Origin: the human T2T-CHM13v2.0 reference genome, Homo sapiens
DNA: 64,000 nucleotides
Reading direction: 5' to 3' (one strand)
Assembly (NCBI RefSeq): GCF_009914755.1
Contig: NC_060925.1
Below, in pieces: positions 36,410 to 56,406 of the stretch (position 1 is the stretch's first letter; every line of letters begins with the position of its first letter). The notes beneath the pieces were generated by a model. The model saw only the letters and a list, made by a program, of their open reading frames with translations, was not told the DNA's origin and made no database searches. The translations under genes were made by a program, and so were the position numbers.

Positions 36410-37800
36410 CAGTGATGATGGTAATAATGGCTAACATTTATCAAGATCTCGGTAAGCTGTGTGTCAGGTACTGTTTTACTTGCTTTACAAGCATTTAATT
36501 ATCTGTTCCTTTAATCATCAGAACTACTCCATGAAGTGGGTATAATTATTATTATTATCACAATTTTTGGATAAAGAATTGAAGAGCTGGAGGAGTTAAG
36601 TAACATGTCCAAGGTCACCCAATCAGTAAGAGGTGCCAGCGCTCCTAACCACCTCATGCTAACAACTTCACTATAATGGTAGACTCCAATAGAGATATGT
36701 GAAGGAGATCATTGTGAGCTTATTCATTCATTCTTAAAATATTTCTTGGGAGTTTATTATATTCTGAGAATTATTCCTGCCACTGGGAATTTAATTGTAG
36801 ATAATGCTTTTATGGAACTCACAAGAAAGGCACCAAAAAATACATAAGTAAAAATGAAAACAACACAATTTTGCTCTGGAAAAAAAAAAAAGGATAAGGT
36901 GATGTAGAGTAATGCGCTACTTTAGACTGGAAGCCAGGGAGGGCCTCCCTAAGGAATAATATTGAAATGCGATCTAAATTATAAGATGAAGCAAAGAAAA
37001 AAACCTGATGGAACCGCACTGAGGCAATTATGATGAATGCAATACACCTAGGTAAGAGTTAGTTTGTTAGTTCCTAAAACAACAGAAAGGACAGGAGGCC
37101 ATTGTGACTGATGCTAAGGGAGCAAGTGGAGAGTGGTCAGAGTTATATCAGAGACTCAGAAGTATCAACTATGCTGGCACACAGCCATGGAGGAAAAAAA
37201 ATCTGTATTTTACTCCCAGCAGAATGAGAATCTGGAGGGTTTTAAGGAAGAGAACGAGGTGATCTATGTTTCTGAAAAAGCAATTCCACTCCTCCAACTC
37301 TGTGTAAAGAATGAACTACAGGCCAGGCGCAGTGGCTCACACCAGTAATTCCAGCACTTTGGGAGGCCAAGGCGAGTGGGTAACTTGAGGCCAAGAGTTC
37401 GAGACCAAGCTGGCCCACACAGCGAAACCTCATCTCTACTAAAAATACAAAAATTAACCAGGCGTGGTGGCGGGCACCTGTAATCTCAGCTACCCGGGAG
37501 GCTAAGACATGAGAATCGCTTGAATGCAGAGGCCGAGGTTACAGTGAGCCAAGATTATGCCACTGTACTCCAGCCTGGGTGACAGAACAAGCCTCTGTCT
37601 CAAAAAAAAAAAAAAAAAAAAAAGAATGGATTATAGAGTGATGAAAGTGGAAGACTGGAGAGGAATTAGGAGACTGTTACTTCTAGAACCATGCCTGGCA
37701 CGTAGTCAGTAGTCAATGTGTTCAATAAATGAATGCTTCAATATCAAGGTAACGGAAGATGAGGGCTAAGACTTGGGTGGTAAAGTGCTACATGTAGAAA
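36410..37800 (-). mobile_element. MIR (36410-36640) and L2 (about 36715-37800) containing AluS (37321-37623, +)
   Basis: GTTAAGTAACATGTCCAAGGTCAC; TTCATTCATTC...ATATTT L2 tail; Alu TSD AAAGAATG. Confidence 0.78.
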
Positions 37801-37863
37801 CCATTCTGCCTCATTCAACATCTGTGAGTGTCACAAACCCAGTAGTCTTTTAAAAACCAGTAG

Positions 37864-38545
<682 letters not shown>

Positions 38546-39424
38546 CCTTGACTATCTACAATATAAGCTGCTCCAAAGTGCTTGAAACATCTGAGCACAC
38601 TTCCCAAAACAGGTAGTGTTCTGTTGCCCATCATGACAATCTCTCAATAACTCTGAAACATACTTATTCAAGCAGCCCCCATTTACAAACATCCACCAAC
38701 CCTACCTCTGCCAGCCCTGCTACTGGAAAAAACACTTAGGACATGCCAGGGATTATGCCAAGCACTTTGCATCTAGTCTCTCATTTGCTCCTTACTACAC
38801 TCTATGAGTCTAATATCTCCAAATAAATAGCAATCTATAGTAACAAAGGCAATATTCTTATAAGAATCATGTTTTTAATACCTGGCACCTATGGGAAAAC
38901 CTCTCTGATGGAAGAATTTAAGAGAAGGGTGGAAGGGAGCAAATTCCATTTCTTCCAGAGTGACTAAACTACACCGAAGTCAAACTTATGCTACCCAGTT
39001 AGTTTTGCTCTGATGATCCTCTCTGCACTGACAGGTGAAAGCACATGCAGAACATGCATGGCTTATTATTCTGAAAAGTCCAAAATACTGCGCTTATTCC
39101 TATAGCAACTCGGAGGCTAAACAGAGACCCAGTGTTAACTTCATACAGACGTCCTCAGAGAAGCCCTTCCTTTGCAGTTTTATGTTCTTTATAATTATAC
39201 CAAACCTTTAGCTCAGAATCCCTTTCACTTTAAAAAAAAAAAGAACTTACATTATCATCTAGTTATATATGCAAGGCACCAAAGAAACAACAACAACAAA
39301 GTAAATATGGAAAAAGACTTGATTCTAAGAAGTCATAATAGAATTTTCAGCACTTGACTGTAGTACGGGAACTGTCCCCAAATAACTGTTTTAAGATTGC
39401 AAAAAAAAAAAAAAAGATCAATTC

Positions 39425-39640
39425 AATATAATAATAGTTAAAACTTAACACAGCTCTTTATGTGGCAGGCACTAATCTAGAATAACCCATTTAACCTTCA
39501 TAACGGCCATTCAAGGGCCACTATTATTATCCCCATTTTACAGACAGCAAAAAGACACAGAGGCTAAGTAACTTGCCAGTGAAGTGGTAGGGACAGGATT
39601 TGTCTTGCGTGTCTGTGTTCTTATACACCACATGCTGCTA
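39425..39640 (-). mobile_element. MIR
   Basis: TATTATTATCCCCATTTTACAGA...GACACAGAGGCTAAGTAACTTGCC. Confidence 0.82.
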
Positions 39641-40197
39641 CTCTTCAAATGGAAAAAAAAAAATTCACTATCACCCAGAAGGCGATCATACGATGATGAA
39701 TTTTGACTTTGCTTTTTATTTCTAATCCTTCATCATAAAAGAAACACTTCCTTTGCAGTTTCATATTCTTGTACTAAACCATAGCTCAGGAACATTTTCA
39801 TTTAAAAAAAGAAAAAAAATACTCCCAGTATCATCTAGTAGTTATAAGAGATACGGAAGGCATTAAACTACATTATTCCTATAATCCTTACAAGAGAAAT
39901 TCAGGTTCAGAGAAGAGACTATCAAAATGATAAACAATAGTGAAGTGGTAATTCAGAAAAGTTCATGTTTAAGTTTCATCTTAATCTTTATCTCATTGAG
40001 GGACATATTTTAAAAGTAAGAACACTGACAAACTGAGAGATAACGTAACTTGTACTCATCGTAAGGCTGTAGATAAAAACAAGGTTTCTTAAAACCTTGT
40101 GAGTTTCTTTTCCTATGCTACAGCAGATGTTTCAAGAAATGAAGCTATTGCCTTTGTAGGAAACTGATATGATCAAAAGAAATTAAAGGAAACTTAC

Positions 40198-40648
40198 CAG
40201 AGACAGTTTGTGTTGGAAATAATTTGAAGTGCCAAACTTTAAACCATTTCATAATTTTTAAATTTTGTTTTCATAGATATTACATTACAAAGAAAAATTT
40301 TCCAGAAATATTTTAATCAAAGTTCTATTTAAAGAAACTTTTGATTAGACATTATTAAATTGTGTATTGTTTTAAAACAATAATAATAATCTGTCCTGAG
40401 CTATTAGAAAGAAATGTATAGCATGTTATTTTAATAGGCCTAAATGAGGAAGGATCAATATTATTTTAATTTTTAAAGGTCTGTTTATGAAATGCAATCA
40501 TCCTTCATTAAAAATGCAAGCTGTGCTTCAGCAAGAGGTTAGCATAAATGATTCACAGAGAGATCTCTCTCCAGTATAATCTTCCTCTCCTGGGAGTTTC
40601 CTTCGGATGTTTCATCAAACCACTCAAGCTATTATTAAAAATGCTTCC
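40198..40648 (-). other. Candidate non-coding or cryptic exon (451 nt)
   Basis: Acceptor TTTATTCCCTCCTTTTATCGCAG|G (AG at 40650-40649) and donor CTG|GTAAGT (GT at 40197-40196); sequence motifs only, no transcript data. Confidence 0.3.
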
Positions 40649-43230
40649 CTGCGATAAAAGGAGGGAATAAACAATATAAACACACTTCCCCATTCCCATT
40701 CACCAATGACTCTTCCATTTGAGTGATCTATACCTTTTTCAGTCATAGGTAAAATTAATTTTTTATATTCCACGCATTTTTGCAATCGTTTCTTTTCTCA
40801 AGCATTTTAAGTTAACGTTATTTTACAGTATTCAAAATCAGAAATTCAGATTTTTAAGGTAGGTTTTTAATCACTTACCTATTTTGACATTTCAGTGTGA
40901 GTCTTGTCTTTCATTGAAATTAAAAGAAGTTTGCCTTCTATTTGACGGATTTTAAAAGATTTTAAAATGTCAACTCATCAAAGTCAAGACACTCCAAATT
41001 TAAATTCAATTCTCTTCTATTTAAAAATGCTAATGAAAATGGCTGTTTCAATGCAGCAGCATCTGGCTCATTATAACACTCAGTTTTAACTAATAAATCC
41101 TTAATTATTAAATTCTGGTGTTCAATTTCTTTCAGATAAATAAGCCAAACACATACTGCTACAATTATAAATACCTGGGATAAATTACTTATACCATGAA
41201 AAAGCATACCTCTTGATTCTCTGGCTGCTAAATAAGACCCAAAGTATGTAAAGGACACACATTTGAAAGACCCAGCATTAAACATTTGGGCTCCACTGTA
41301 TGTAGGTCCCACATTCATAGGCTGGCAAATCTTTAACTCTACTGGGTCCTCATGCATAATGCACAGGGCAATTTGTCTGTTTGTGCAAATGGGCCAGTTT
41401 TTTTCCATGCTTTTTCAGATGTGTCAAATGTGTCAAAACTGAACATAATCATATACCCCTAATTCTGGCTTTACAAAGCAGACCCTACCTTCACCCAGCT
41501 TGATGTTTTTATTAAGGAGTTACTGAATATATTTAATCAAGGTATTACTGCACATCATGATGTCTTGTAAAGGTTGAAATCCCTGAGAGAATATGTTTGG
41601 TTTTAAGCCCTAATATGTGTTAGGGAGTGTTTCATTTTTCTCTCCCACTCCCAATTCCTTTTTTTTTTTTTCTCCTTTTTTAATCAGCAGCATCGACAGT
41701 ACTGACTGAATATTTTACAATGGAGTTGCAGAGTATGTGTGTTCAATCGTTTCAGCTTCCCAGAAGATTCATTACAGTTACATTAGAAAGTCAAATCAGG
41801 CAATTCTGCAGTCTGGTGAAAGCCAGCATATGAAAGAAGGTTAATACAAAAGAATTTCATTTTAGAGGACATTTAGGACTTTAAAAAGCAACATTATGAT
41901 AAAATTTTCAAGATATTTGTTCTTGCCTTAGCACATGCTTTCCAGGTCTAATTTCAGAGCTGTCTCAATGCTTTTCTAGGAAAGAATGAGGGTGTATGGG
42001 AGGAAATTGTTTGATCTACAAGGTCTGCCATCTTAATGATCCTCATGCTAAGAACACTGCAGATGTATGTTTTGCCCTCACTCATGGGGAAAGAATCTAT
42101 GGTTCTCCAATTATGCTGATGAAGTAGAAGTCAAGTAAAAGTGAAGGTGCGTTCATTTAAAACATAAAGATTTTCAGTGACTGTTAACATCTGTCTTTCT
42201 GATTATAAATAAAACTAACTGCTGAGATTTTCAGATCTTAATATGTATTTATATAACAAAAACCAGTAAGTTAATTGTTTTCCATGATTAGTAGCAGGTA
42301 TAGAAAGATCTTCTTCAGATTGGTACATGTTTAACTGGCACTTGTGTATAATATAGTAATTCCCCTCTTTCTAGAATTCAAGCCTCAATAAACCCCTAAC
42401 TAATCTTATGTATTTATTTCCACTGGTTTATAGGTAAGCAAAAATAAGAATAGACTATCTACTGAAAGGCAAGCCTTGTCATTCAGTACAGTCGATTTAC
42501 AGAATACAAATTCCAATTCAATACAAAGGCTCACCTTTGCATGAGCAATTCCAAAGCTTAAATACCATGGCAAGAGGGAAACAGCAGCTAGCAGTGGTAA
42601 CAGACATAAAAGGCGGCTGACTGTCTTCAGTGCTACCTTTGGCAGCAGTACAGATGGACTTTGTAGGCCACTGGCTATGCTTAATTTAATATGAAGCTAA
42701 ATACAGTCAAAACATCTGGTGCACCACTGATGGTTATCATGATAAATTAAATCTGGCATCACACACAAATCCATTCAATATTCTGTTTATATCCCTTTTA
42801 CCTAAACCACAAAACTAAAAATCCACATTTACTTTTGTTTTTCATTTCCTCTTAGCAGTCCTGTATTTTAGAAAAGGAACGTTTTGTAGATCTGTTGTTT
42901 ATACAAGTTGGGGGGCCTTCTTTAAGAAAAAGACCACGAAAATTTGTATACAAAATGTCAAGAGGGCCACTCAAGTGAGGGTCTCTTTGGTTTAAGCTTC
43001 ATGGACAATCCACCTCTGGGGAGGTTGAAAGGCAGTGTAAAAACTAAATAGTATGCCAAGTAGCACATGGAACTGGGACAAAGAATACAAAAATTTTTAA
43101 AGCAGACAATTTAACTGACAAGCTACAGAAGAGCAAACAAGACTTTCTAGGCAAGCAAATCGGCAAAAACAAACTGTATTGTCAGAATCTGTTTTTAACA
43201 TATATTTCTAAAATGCAAAACCCCAAATTG

Positions 43231-44559
43231 GGCCAGGTGCAGTGGCTCACACCTATAAATCCAGCACTTTGGGAGGCCAAGGCAAGAGAATCACTTGAGC
43301 CCAGGAGTTTGAGACCAGCCCGGGCAATATAGTGAGACTCCGTCTCCACAAAAAATAAAAATTAAATTAAATTGAAATTTTAAAACCCCAAATCTACAGC
43401 ATACTACCACAACAAAAGGGCTATTATAAAGGAAAAAAGTCAATTAAAGAACCAAATTATCAGTCAAGTGTGGTGGCTATAGCTGTAATCCCAGCACTTT
43501 GAGAGGCCAATGCAGAGGGATTGTTTGAGCCTAGAAGTTCAAGACCAGCTTGGGCAACATAACGAGACCCCATCTCCACTAAACATTTTTAAAAATTTAA
43601 AAATAAAGTAAAAAATAATCAAATTGTCAATTTTATAATAACTATAGGTCAAGAAACAAGTATAATTCTTACAAGCAACTAATTCACAAAACAATTAGAT
43701 CATGGCTAACCATTTGTTATTTTTAAAAAGTCAGAGCACCACTTATAACTAAAGTGACTACTGCCTGAACTGCAATATTCAAATTATTGCATTTTTATTA
43801 CATTGCTTTGAAGGATATTCAGTGAAGATAATTATTAATTCTAGTGCTATATAATATTAGCATCACCCACACTCTTTTAAACAAAAAGGACCTAAAAGCC
43901 TCGACTCTGCATCTGAAGGGAGGAGAGCATGCCATATAATAAATTCAGTACAATCAAAATGAGAACCATATTTCTGTTTAACTTTATGCATCTTGGCTCA
44001 AGAGCCATAAAAAAAAAGTTATTAAAATTAATGCATCAAACTATAATTCTGTCCTTTTTATTACTGGTAATATTCTTTCTAAAATATTAGTCTGCTTTGC
44101 TGTACTACTATATCTTTTTGAAAGTTTTCTTTGAAGATCAGGATCACTTTAACTTTAGAATGAAAACATGCAATTATATTAATTTGGCACTGAATCTTGT
44201 TAGTTTCAGTGGGTTTGAAACTTTGAAAATGATTTATTCATTAGAAAGCCACATGTTGGCCAGACATGGTGGCTCACACCTGTAATCCCAGCACTTTGGG
44301 AGGCTGAGGTAGGTGGATCACCTGACGTCAGGAGTTTGACACCAGCCTGACCAACATGGTGAAACCCTGTCTCTACTAAATACAAAAAATTAGTCAGGCA
44401 TGGTAGTGCATGCCTGTAATCCCAGCTACTTGGGAGGTGAGGCAGGAGAATCACTTGAACCCAGGAGGTGGAGGTGGCATTGAGCCGAGATTGTGCCATT
44501 GCACTCCAACCTGGGCAACAAGAGCAAAACTCCATCTCAAAAAAAAAAAAAAAAAAAAA
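43231..44559 (+). mobile_element. Two FLAM-like monomers (43231-43380, 43462-43615) and AluSq/Sp (44258-44559)
   Basis: TSDs AAAACCCCAAAT and approximately AA(C/T)CAAATT(A/G)TCA; full dimer with long poly-A. Confidence 0.9.
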
Positions 44560-45274
44560 GCAAACCAGTTACTGCTTCTGATGGCACTCATAAAGATGGA
44601 AGATAATGAAGCTACTTGTCATTCAACACAAAACACACAAAGAAAGTGTTAACAGCTGGCAAATGTCACAAAGTAAACATTTTCCTATTTCTGTTAAATA
44701 AAATTCATTCCTAATAATCACTGTCCTGTATGAACTTTCCCTAGCAAATTACTGCCCCATTTCTTTCACTAAATAATCAATTTTTTCTAAAGTTAACACA
44801 AAAGAAATACCCTGGAAATCCTCATTCTCTAGTCATGACTAAATGAATGAACCACATGGGCTACCAAAATCAAATTCTCTACTGCATCACTAATGTAATA
44901 CTAAATAGGATGCTCCATCAAAAGAGACCTAGAATTTACATAATTTCCCATAAACTTATCAGAGGAACAAATGTAAGACAATGGGAAGAAAATCAAGATA
45001 AGCTCACTGTTGTTGCTGGTTTGTGTATTCCTGTCTTTCTCAACTCCTCCCACAGCTGATAGAACATTGTAGTTAAGAGAGCTGGTAGAAACTACTTCAC
45101 TAAAATTATGTATTTGAACATCAGCCTTTTTTCATTCTAGTCAGCCTTTTTTCACTCTAAAGTATTAAATTCAACCAAAAAGCCAAACATTCAAAGTCTG
45201 TTCACCAAAAACACTCATCATAAAGATGTTTATTTACTATCCATATAAGGATGCAAAATGGTATTCCTAACAGC

Positions 45275-46435
<1,161 letters not shown>

Positions 46436-46484
46436 TGGGATTATTCTCTCACCTCAACATTGAGGTACTAACTAAAAAGATATT

Positions 46485-46593
46485 TCCCAACTACTCAGAT
46501 GCTGAAGCCGGAGGATTGCTTAAGCCCAGGAGTTGGAGACCAGCCTGGGCAACACAGTGAGACTCCATCTTGAAAAAATAAATAAAAATAAAA
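46485..46593 (+). mobile_element. 5'-truncated Alu monomer (FLAM_A-like)
   Basis: TSD AAAAAGATA; GGAGGATTGCTTAAGCCCAGGAGTT. Confidence 0.8.
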
Positions 46594-47297
46594 AGATACT
46601 GTGATTGTCAAAGAAAGGAAAGAGGTATTAAGTCACTGAAAGGTTATATTTTTCCTTTAGAAAAATGAAAAATTCCTACTTTACTGTCAACTATTACCTC
46701 TTCTGACACATTAACTGTAGAATCCTTTTATATGAGAAAATTACTAAATCGGACACTACATCTCAGAATCTGCTAGAGGTCACTTGGAAAAGAGCATCAT
46801 CCTTTCAAAAGGCAAGGATGAAGAATTAGAAAGAAAAAGGCCAGAAGCACACAAGTGAAACAAGCCAGTGCACCTGAGGCCTTTGTTGGTCCAATCAAAC
46901 TATAGGTCACAGGTATTTCAAAAAGGGGAATAAAAGACAACTGCAGTTACTTTAGAAAAGGGTTAAATTCTCCAAAGTAGACGCTTCCCAAAAGAAAAAA
47001 CAGAACGAAAACTGCAAAATTCTTTCTTCTCTCCTTTGGAGAATACGGTTTAGCACAGTTTTTAAAAAATCAAAATCTCAAGAGATATGGGTGCCATTCC
47101 CATCCCAATAACTAAGTGGCTCTGCTAACTGCAGGTTGTGTGAAACTGTACACCCACTACGCTCAATTGCAAAACAGCCATAAAGAACTTAGAACACTAC
47201 ACAAGTTCAACAGACATGAAGAAAAACACTACAAAATTCAAATGTGAGGGACAATTTTCCTGCCAATATACGTATAACTCTAAATTCTTACTCTCTC

Positions 47298-47300
<3 letters not shown>

Positions 47301-47340
<40 letters not shown>
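47301..47340 (+). repeat. Perfect (AC)20 microsatellite
   Basis: 40 nt of uninterrupted AC. Confidence 0.98.
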
Positions 47341-47343
<3 letters not shown>

Positions 47344-47476
47344 ATGTCTTGATGATCAGAGCTATTACACTGTATAAATCTAATTAAGGTCAGTTTCCTA
47401 TATGGGAAAAGGAAGATTTATCTGAGAAATAATTCAAAATAAATTCTCCCCAAGTAAATAGACCTAGGCCTATCAT

Positions 47477-47800
<324 letters not shown>

Positions 47801-48319
47801 TAATAGTTAAGACAATCATTTATACATCATTTATATCAATCACCACAGTCCACAAAAGTCAGCCTTAGATAAGATGCCAAAAATCGGAGATGAATTAAAA
47901 GAAAGAGTCCTGGGTCAGTAGTACAGCTTTGTTGCAAGTATCTGCAGGGACCTGGTAGAGGTGTGAGAGACACAGTTCCTTGGTGTGAAGGGTGAGAGGT
48001 CACAGGGAGGGTAGCAGGAAGCCCAAGAACAGGTAACTGAATTTGGACAGGCTTTTGATATTTTAAGCCCATTTCCATGGATTTTTGTTGTGTTTTGAAG
48101 ATAGGGTCTCGCTCTGTCACCCAGGATGGTTTCTTAATATATTTACTATAATTATTCCCTTGGAATACTAATATTAATACTAAGTTAAATTCTTTGAAAA
48201 TCCAGCCAGTGTCAGTTATGCTAAATGAAAACAAAACACTTTGTACAATTTTATATTTAAAAAGAGAAGCTCTACACTCTAGGATTAGAAGCAGTGGAGC
48301 CAGCAAGACTCTCAGGGCA

Positions 48320-49850
<1,531 letters not shown>

Positions 49851-50814
49851 AATTACAAATCAGCTTTCTCGGTTATAACACAAGCTTTTCAGCACAAGAA
49901 CTTGTGCCCATTTACTTAATTTTTTTAAAACATACAAATTGTGAAGACTAATCATAATTTCCATGAAACCAGCCCTTTTTGGTTCCTAGAATACCCGAGA
50001 AAGGTGCTTATTTTATTTGAAGACAAAAAAAGTAGCATCAGTTAGCTAGGTCAGGCACCATCTAACTCTACTATTCACTGAGGCCAGGAACATTTCCTAG
50101 GGCCTCAGCTTTGGTCCTTCTGGATGAAGCCTCAGGGGGACTTTCCTCTGATAATGGACTAAACGATTCAAGATGACCTTAATGACCACCCTGTTTAAAA
50201 CAGCCTCCTTATTTCTCCAATACTTCTTCTCCAAACATTGATGTTTCCACCATAAGGTCAGCTCCTCTTTTTCTTCCCCTTATGGCAAGGCTTATGGAGA
50301 AACTACACCACATAAATGAAGACTAGGAGCTCAAAATTCCAGAATGACCTGGGACCATGGAAAATTAGTATTTTGCCTTCTACAGTAAAGTCACACTCTT
50401 GAGCAAAGGAGGAAAAAAAAATTATCACAGTCCCTCAATCAGCAAAAATCTAGGCATGGAAGACTAAAAGAAGTTAGGGTCCAGTAAGCTTAAAAAAGAA
50501 AACAGTGACTCAGAAATTTCCTATCTGCAATATATAGCAGGTTTAGAGGACGAAAATGAAAACAGAAGATTATTTCTAGACAGCTTGATGGAGAAAGATA
50601 ATATTTACCTCAGTAAAGTTACAACCATAGGAACAAATCCAGATTCTATTTGTTTTTGTACAACTCTGCAAAAAATCATAGGGTGTAATTCACTTCTCAG
50701 TTCAGAAATAAGACGTCCTTAAAAAAATAAGTAAGAGGTACTTCTTGAAAACTAAAAGAAAAAAAATCTACTCCCATAATCAAGAGTTTCCATGCAGTAT
50801 TAAAAATGATGTCC

Positions 50815-51418
<604 letters not shown>

Positions 51419-52169
51419 GTCCCTCCTATAATTCAGGAAGTGAAGGTGCTAGTTGACTGTTATTTATTCTCACTCAAAAAGCTAACTCAAGGTCAAGAAG
51501 ACCTCTGCCACCAGCTGCAGTGTACCAATCCTAGGAGGCTATTTCTCAGAACCCCATGCTTCTTATCAAGATGGTTCCCACGCTGTCTTCCCTTTCCCTC
51601 ATCACTGCCTCCTCCAGGTCAAAGAATATCCCCAGGGCAAGTTGCAGCTGCTCCTTATGCACTCAGCCCTGGCCTCAGAGTACACATGGGTTTTGCCTCA
51701 TCTATGACTCTTGGGGGAAGCTTACTATGCAGAGAGCAACTGCAATGTGTCGCTCTCTATAGGATCCCAGCCAGGTGCCTTAGTGCCATCGGGAAAATGA
51801 GAGGAAACAAGGAACACACAAAAATCATGAAATACTGCTTCGGGTACTAACTCCAAGACAGAATTTTTTTCTTAAGTTAAATGTTTAAAAACAAAAAAAA
51901 GCTACAGTCATCTATGTATTCAGTCATCCAGTCAATCCCATGCCAAGTATAATCTCTGTTAACTATGCTTAGTGTGGTCAGAAAGGAAGTCTAGATAAAC
52001 AATCACAACAACAGAGTGGGCTGAATGCAAACAGCCGGGGTTCAAGGAAGGCTCCCTGAAGAAAATTACCTGTAAACTGAAGCAAGCAAGAGGTGACCAG
52101 GCTAAGAAGAAAAGAATGTTCACCACACAGCCATTACTCAGGGACGTAATTCACCCAGATTTCTATTTT

Positions 52170-52998
52170 TAAAAGATCAAAGGCTCCAAAAAAGCAAAGG
52201 GCCAGTAAGCACAAGACAGAGGCTCAACCTCATTAGGGAAATGCAAATCAAAACTGTAAGATACCACTTCACACCCATCAGAATGGCTACAATCCAAAAC
52301 CCAGATAGTAAGTATTAGTGCTAATGTGGAAAAACTGCAAGGTTCATGCATTGCTAGTAAAATTGTAACATGGTGTAGCCACTTTGGAAAACAGTTTGTC
52401 AGTTTCTCAAAATGTTAAACAGAGGTTCCATACCCCCCAAAAATTTCACTCTTAGGCTTTGGAAGTCACCCCAAGAGAAATGCAAATACACATCCTCACA
52501 GAAGTTTGTACATGAACGTTCACAACAGCATTTTTTTAACAGCCAAAAAGTAGAACCATTCAAAGTGTCCATCAACTAGTGAATAAATAAAATGTGGCAT
52601 AGCCACACAATGGACTATGATTTGGCATTTATTGGGAATGAAGTACAGATGTTATGCTACCACATGGGTGAACCTTGAAAACATTATACTAAGTCAAAGC
52701 AGCCAGTTACAAAAGACTACATGATTCAATTAACGTGAAATGTCCAGAATAGGCAAATCCATAAAGACAGAAAGAAGATTAAGGGCTGCTTAGGGCTGGG
52801 GGATGAGTAGAGGAGGAAATGAGGAGTAACTGCTCATGGATACAGGATTTCTTCTGGGCATAATTAAATGTTCTGAAATTGCAGTGATGATTGCACAACT
52901 CTGTGAACACAAAAAACAATTGAATTGTACAATTTAAGTAGGTAAATTATATGATATGTGAATTGTATCTCAATAAAGCTGTTATAAAACCAAACAAA
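52170..52998 (+). mobile_element. L1MB/ME-like ORF2 end and 3' UTR
   Basis: CATTAGGGAAATGCAAATCAAAAC; CCACTTTGGAAAACAGTTTG; GTGAATTGTATCTCAATAAAGCTGTT. Confidence 0.9.
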
Positions 52999-52999
52999 A

Positions 53000-55493
<2,494 letters not shown>

Positions 55494-55899
55494 CTACGTG
55501 GTGGACAGATACAGAAGGACCACTTGAAATAGTCACAGGCCATTTGGAGTAAAAAGGCCATGACTTCATGAGGCATCCATTAGCTGAATGATGTCTTTTT
55601 CTTTAAAATTACTTAGTAGCATAATGACTTTCTTCCAAATAATGTAAAAAGAACGTGTTTCTGGAGTCTTGATTTTCAGCTATACCTTAAAGATAGAAAT
55701 AACTAAGAGGAAATTTGATGTATGTACTTACACAGGAATACTCTGCACTCTAAATCTAACCATGGAAAAACATTCTTTCCAGGAAAGTTGTATAAACCAC
55801 AATATCCATTTCAGAAGATAATGAAAGTATCATTCATTCATTATACTTTAATATCATTTCTATGTCCTTTTTCTCTAATCCTTAAGTCAGAATTCTAGA

Positions 55900-56098
55900 C
55901 GAGTATTGTCCAACAGAACTGTTGGGAATGATGGAAATATACTGTATCTGTGCTGGCCAACACAGCACCCACTGGTCACATGTAGCCACTGAACACTTGA
56001 AATGCAGCTAGTGTGACTGAAGAACTTAACTTTAAATTTTATTTAAGTTAATTTAAATAGTCATATGAGGGTAGTGCCTACCATAAAGAACAGCACAG
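55900..56098 (+). mobile_element. MER3 (hAT-Charlie)
   Basis: TGTCCAACAGAACT...GATGGAAAT...CACTTGAAATGCAGCTAGTGTGACTGA. Confidence 0.85.
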
Positions 56099-56406
56099 TA
56101 AACTTTTCTGTTAAAGAAAATGAAGAAATTTACAGGCCAGTTAGGTGTCCAAGAGTCCTGTTTACAACACAAAAGATGTGAATTCACTCACTTATGAATA
56201 CATGTAACAACACCGACGCTTGTCCCTGAAGAGCCTTTGGTTCTATTCTCATAATACAAGAGCTCTAAAGTCTCAAAAATGTGGGTGTGGACTAGGAGGA
56301 CAAAGGAAATCCATTTCACACCCCAAGTTCCAAGAGAAACCGTGTACTTAGAGAAGGAGTTCATCATCCTTAGGGGAAAAATGTTCATCAGACAACTTCT
56401 AGAGGC

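Noticed and set aside
40522-40622. Possible C/D snoRNA on the minus strand (TTGATGA ... CTGA about 90 nt apart)
   Set aside because: C box lacks the leading purine, the terminal stem is poor, there are no clear C'/D' boxes and no rRNA/snRNA guide I can recognise; snoscan or Rfam would settle it
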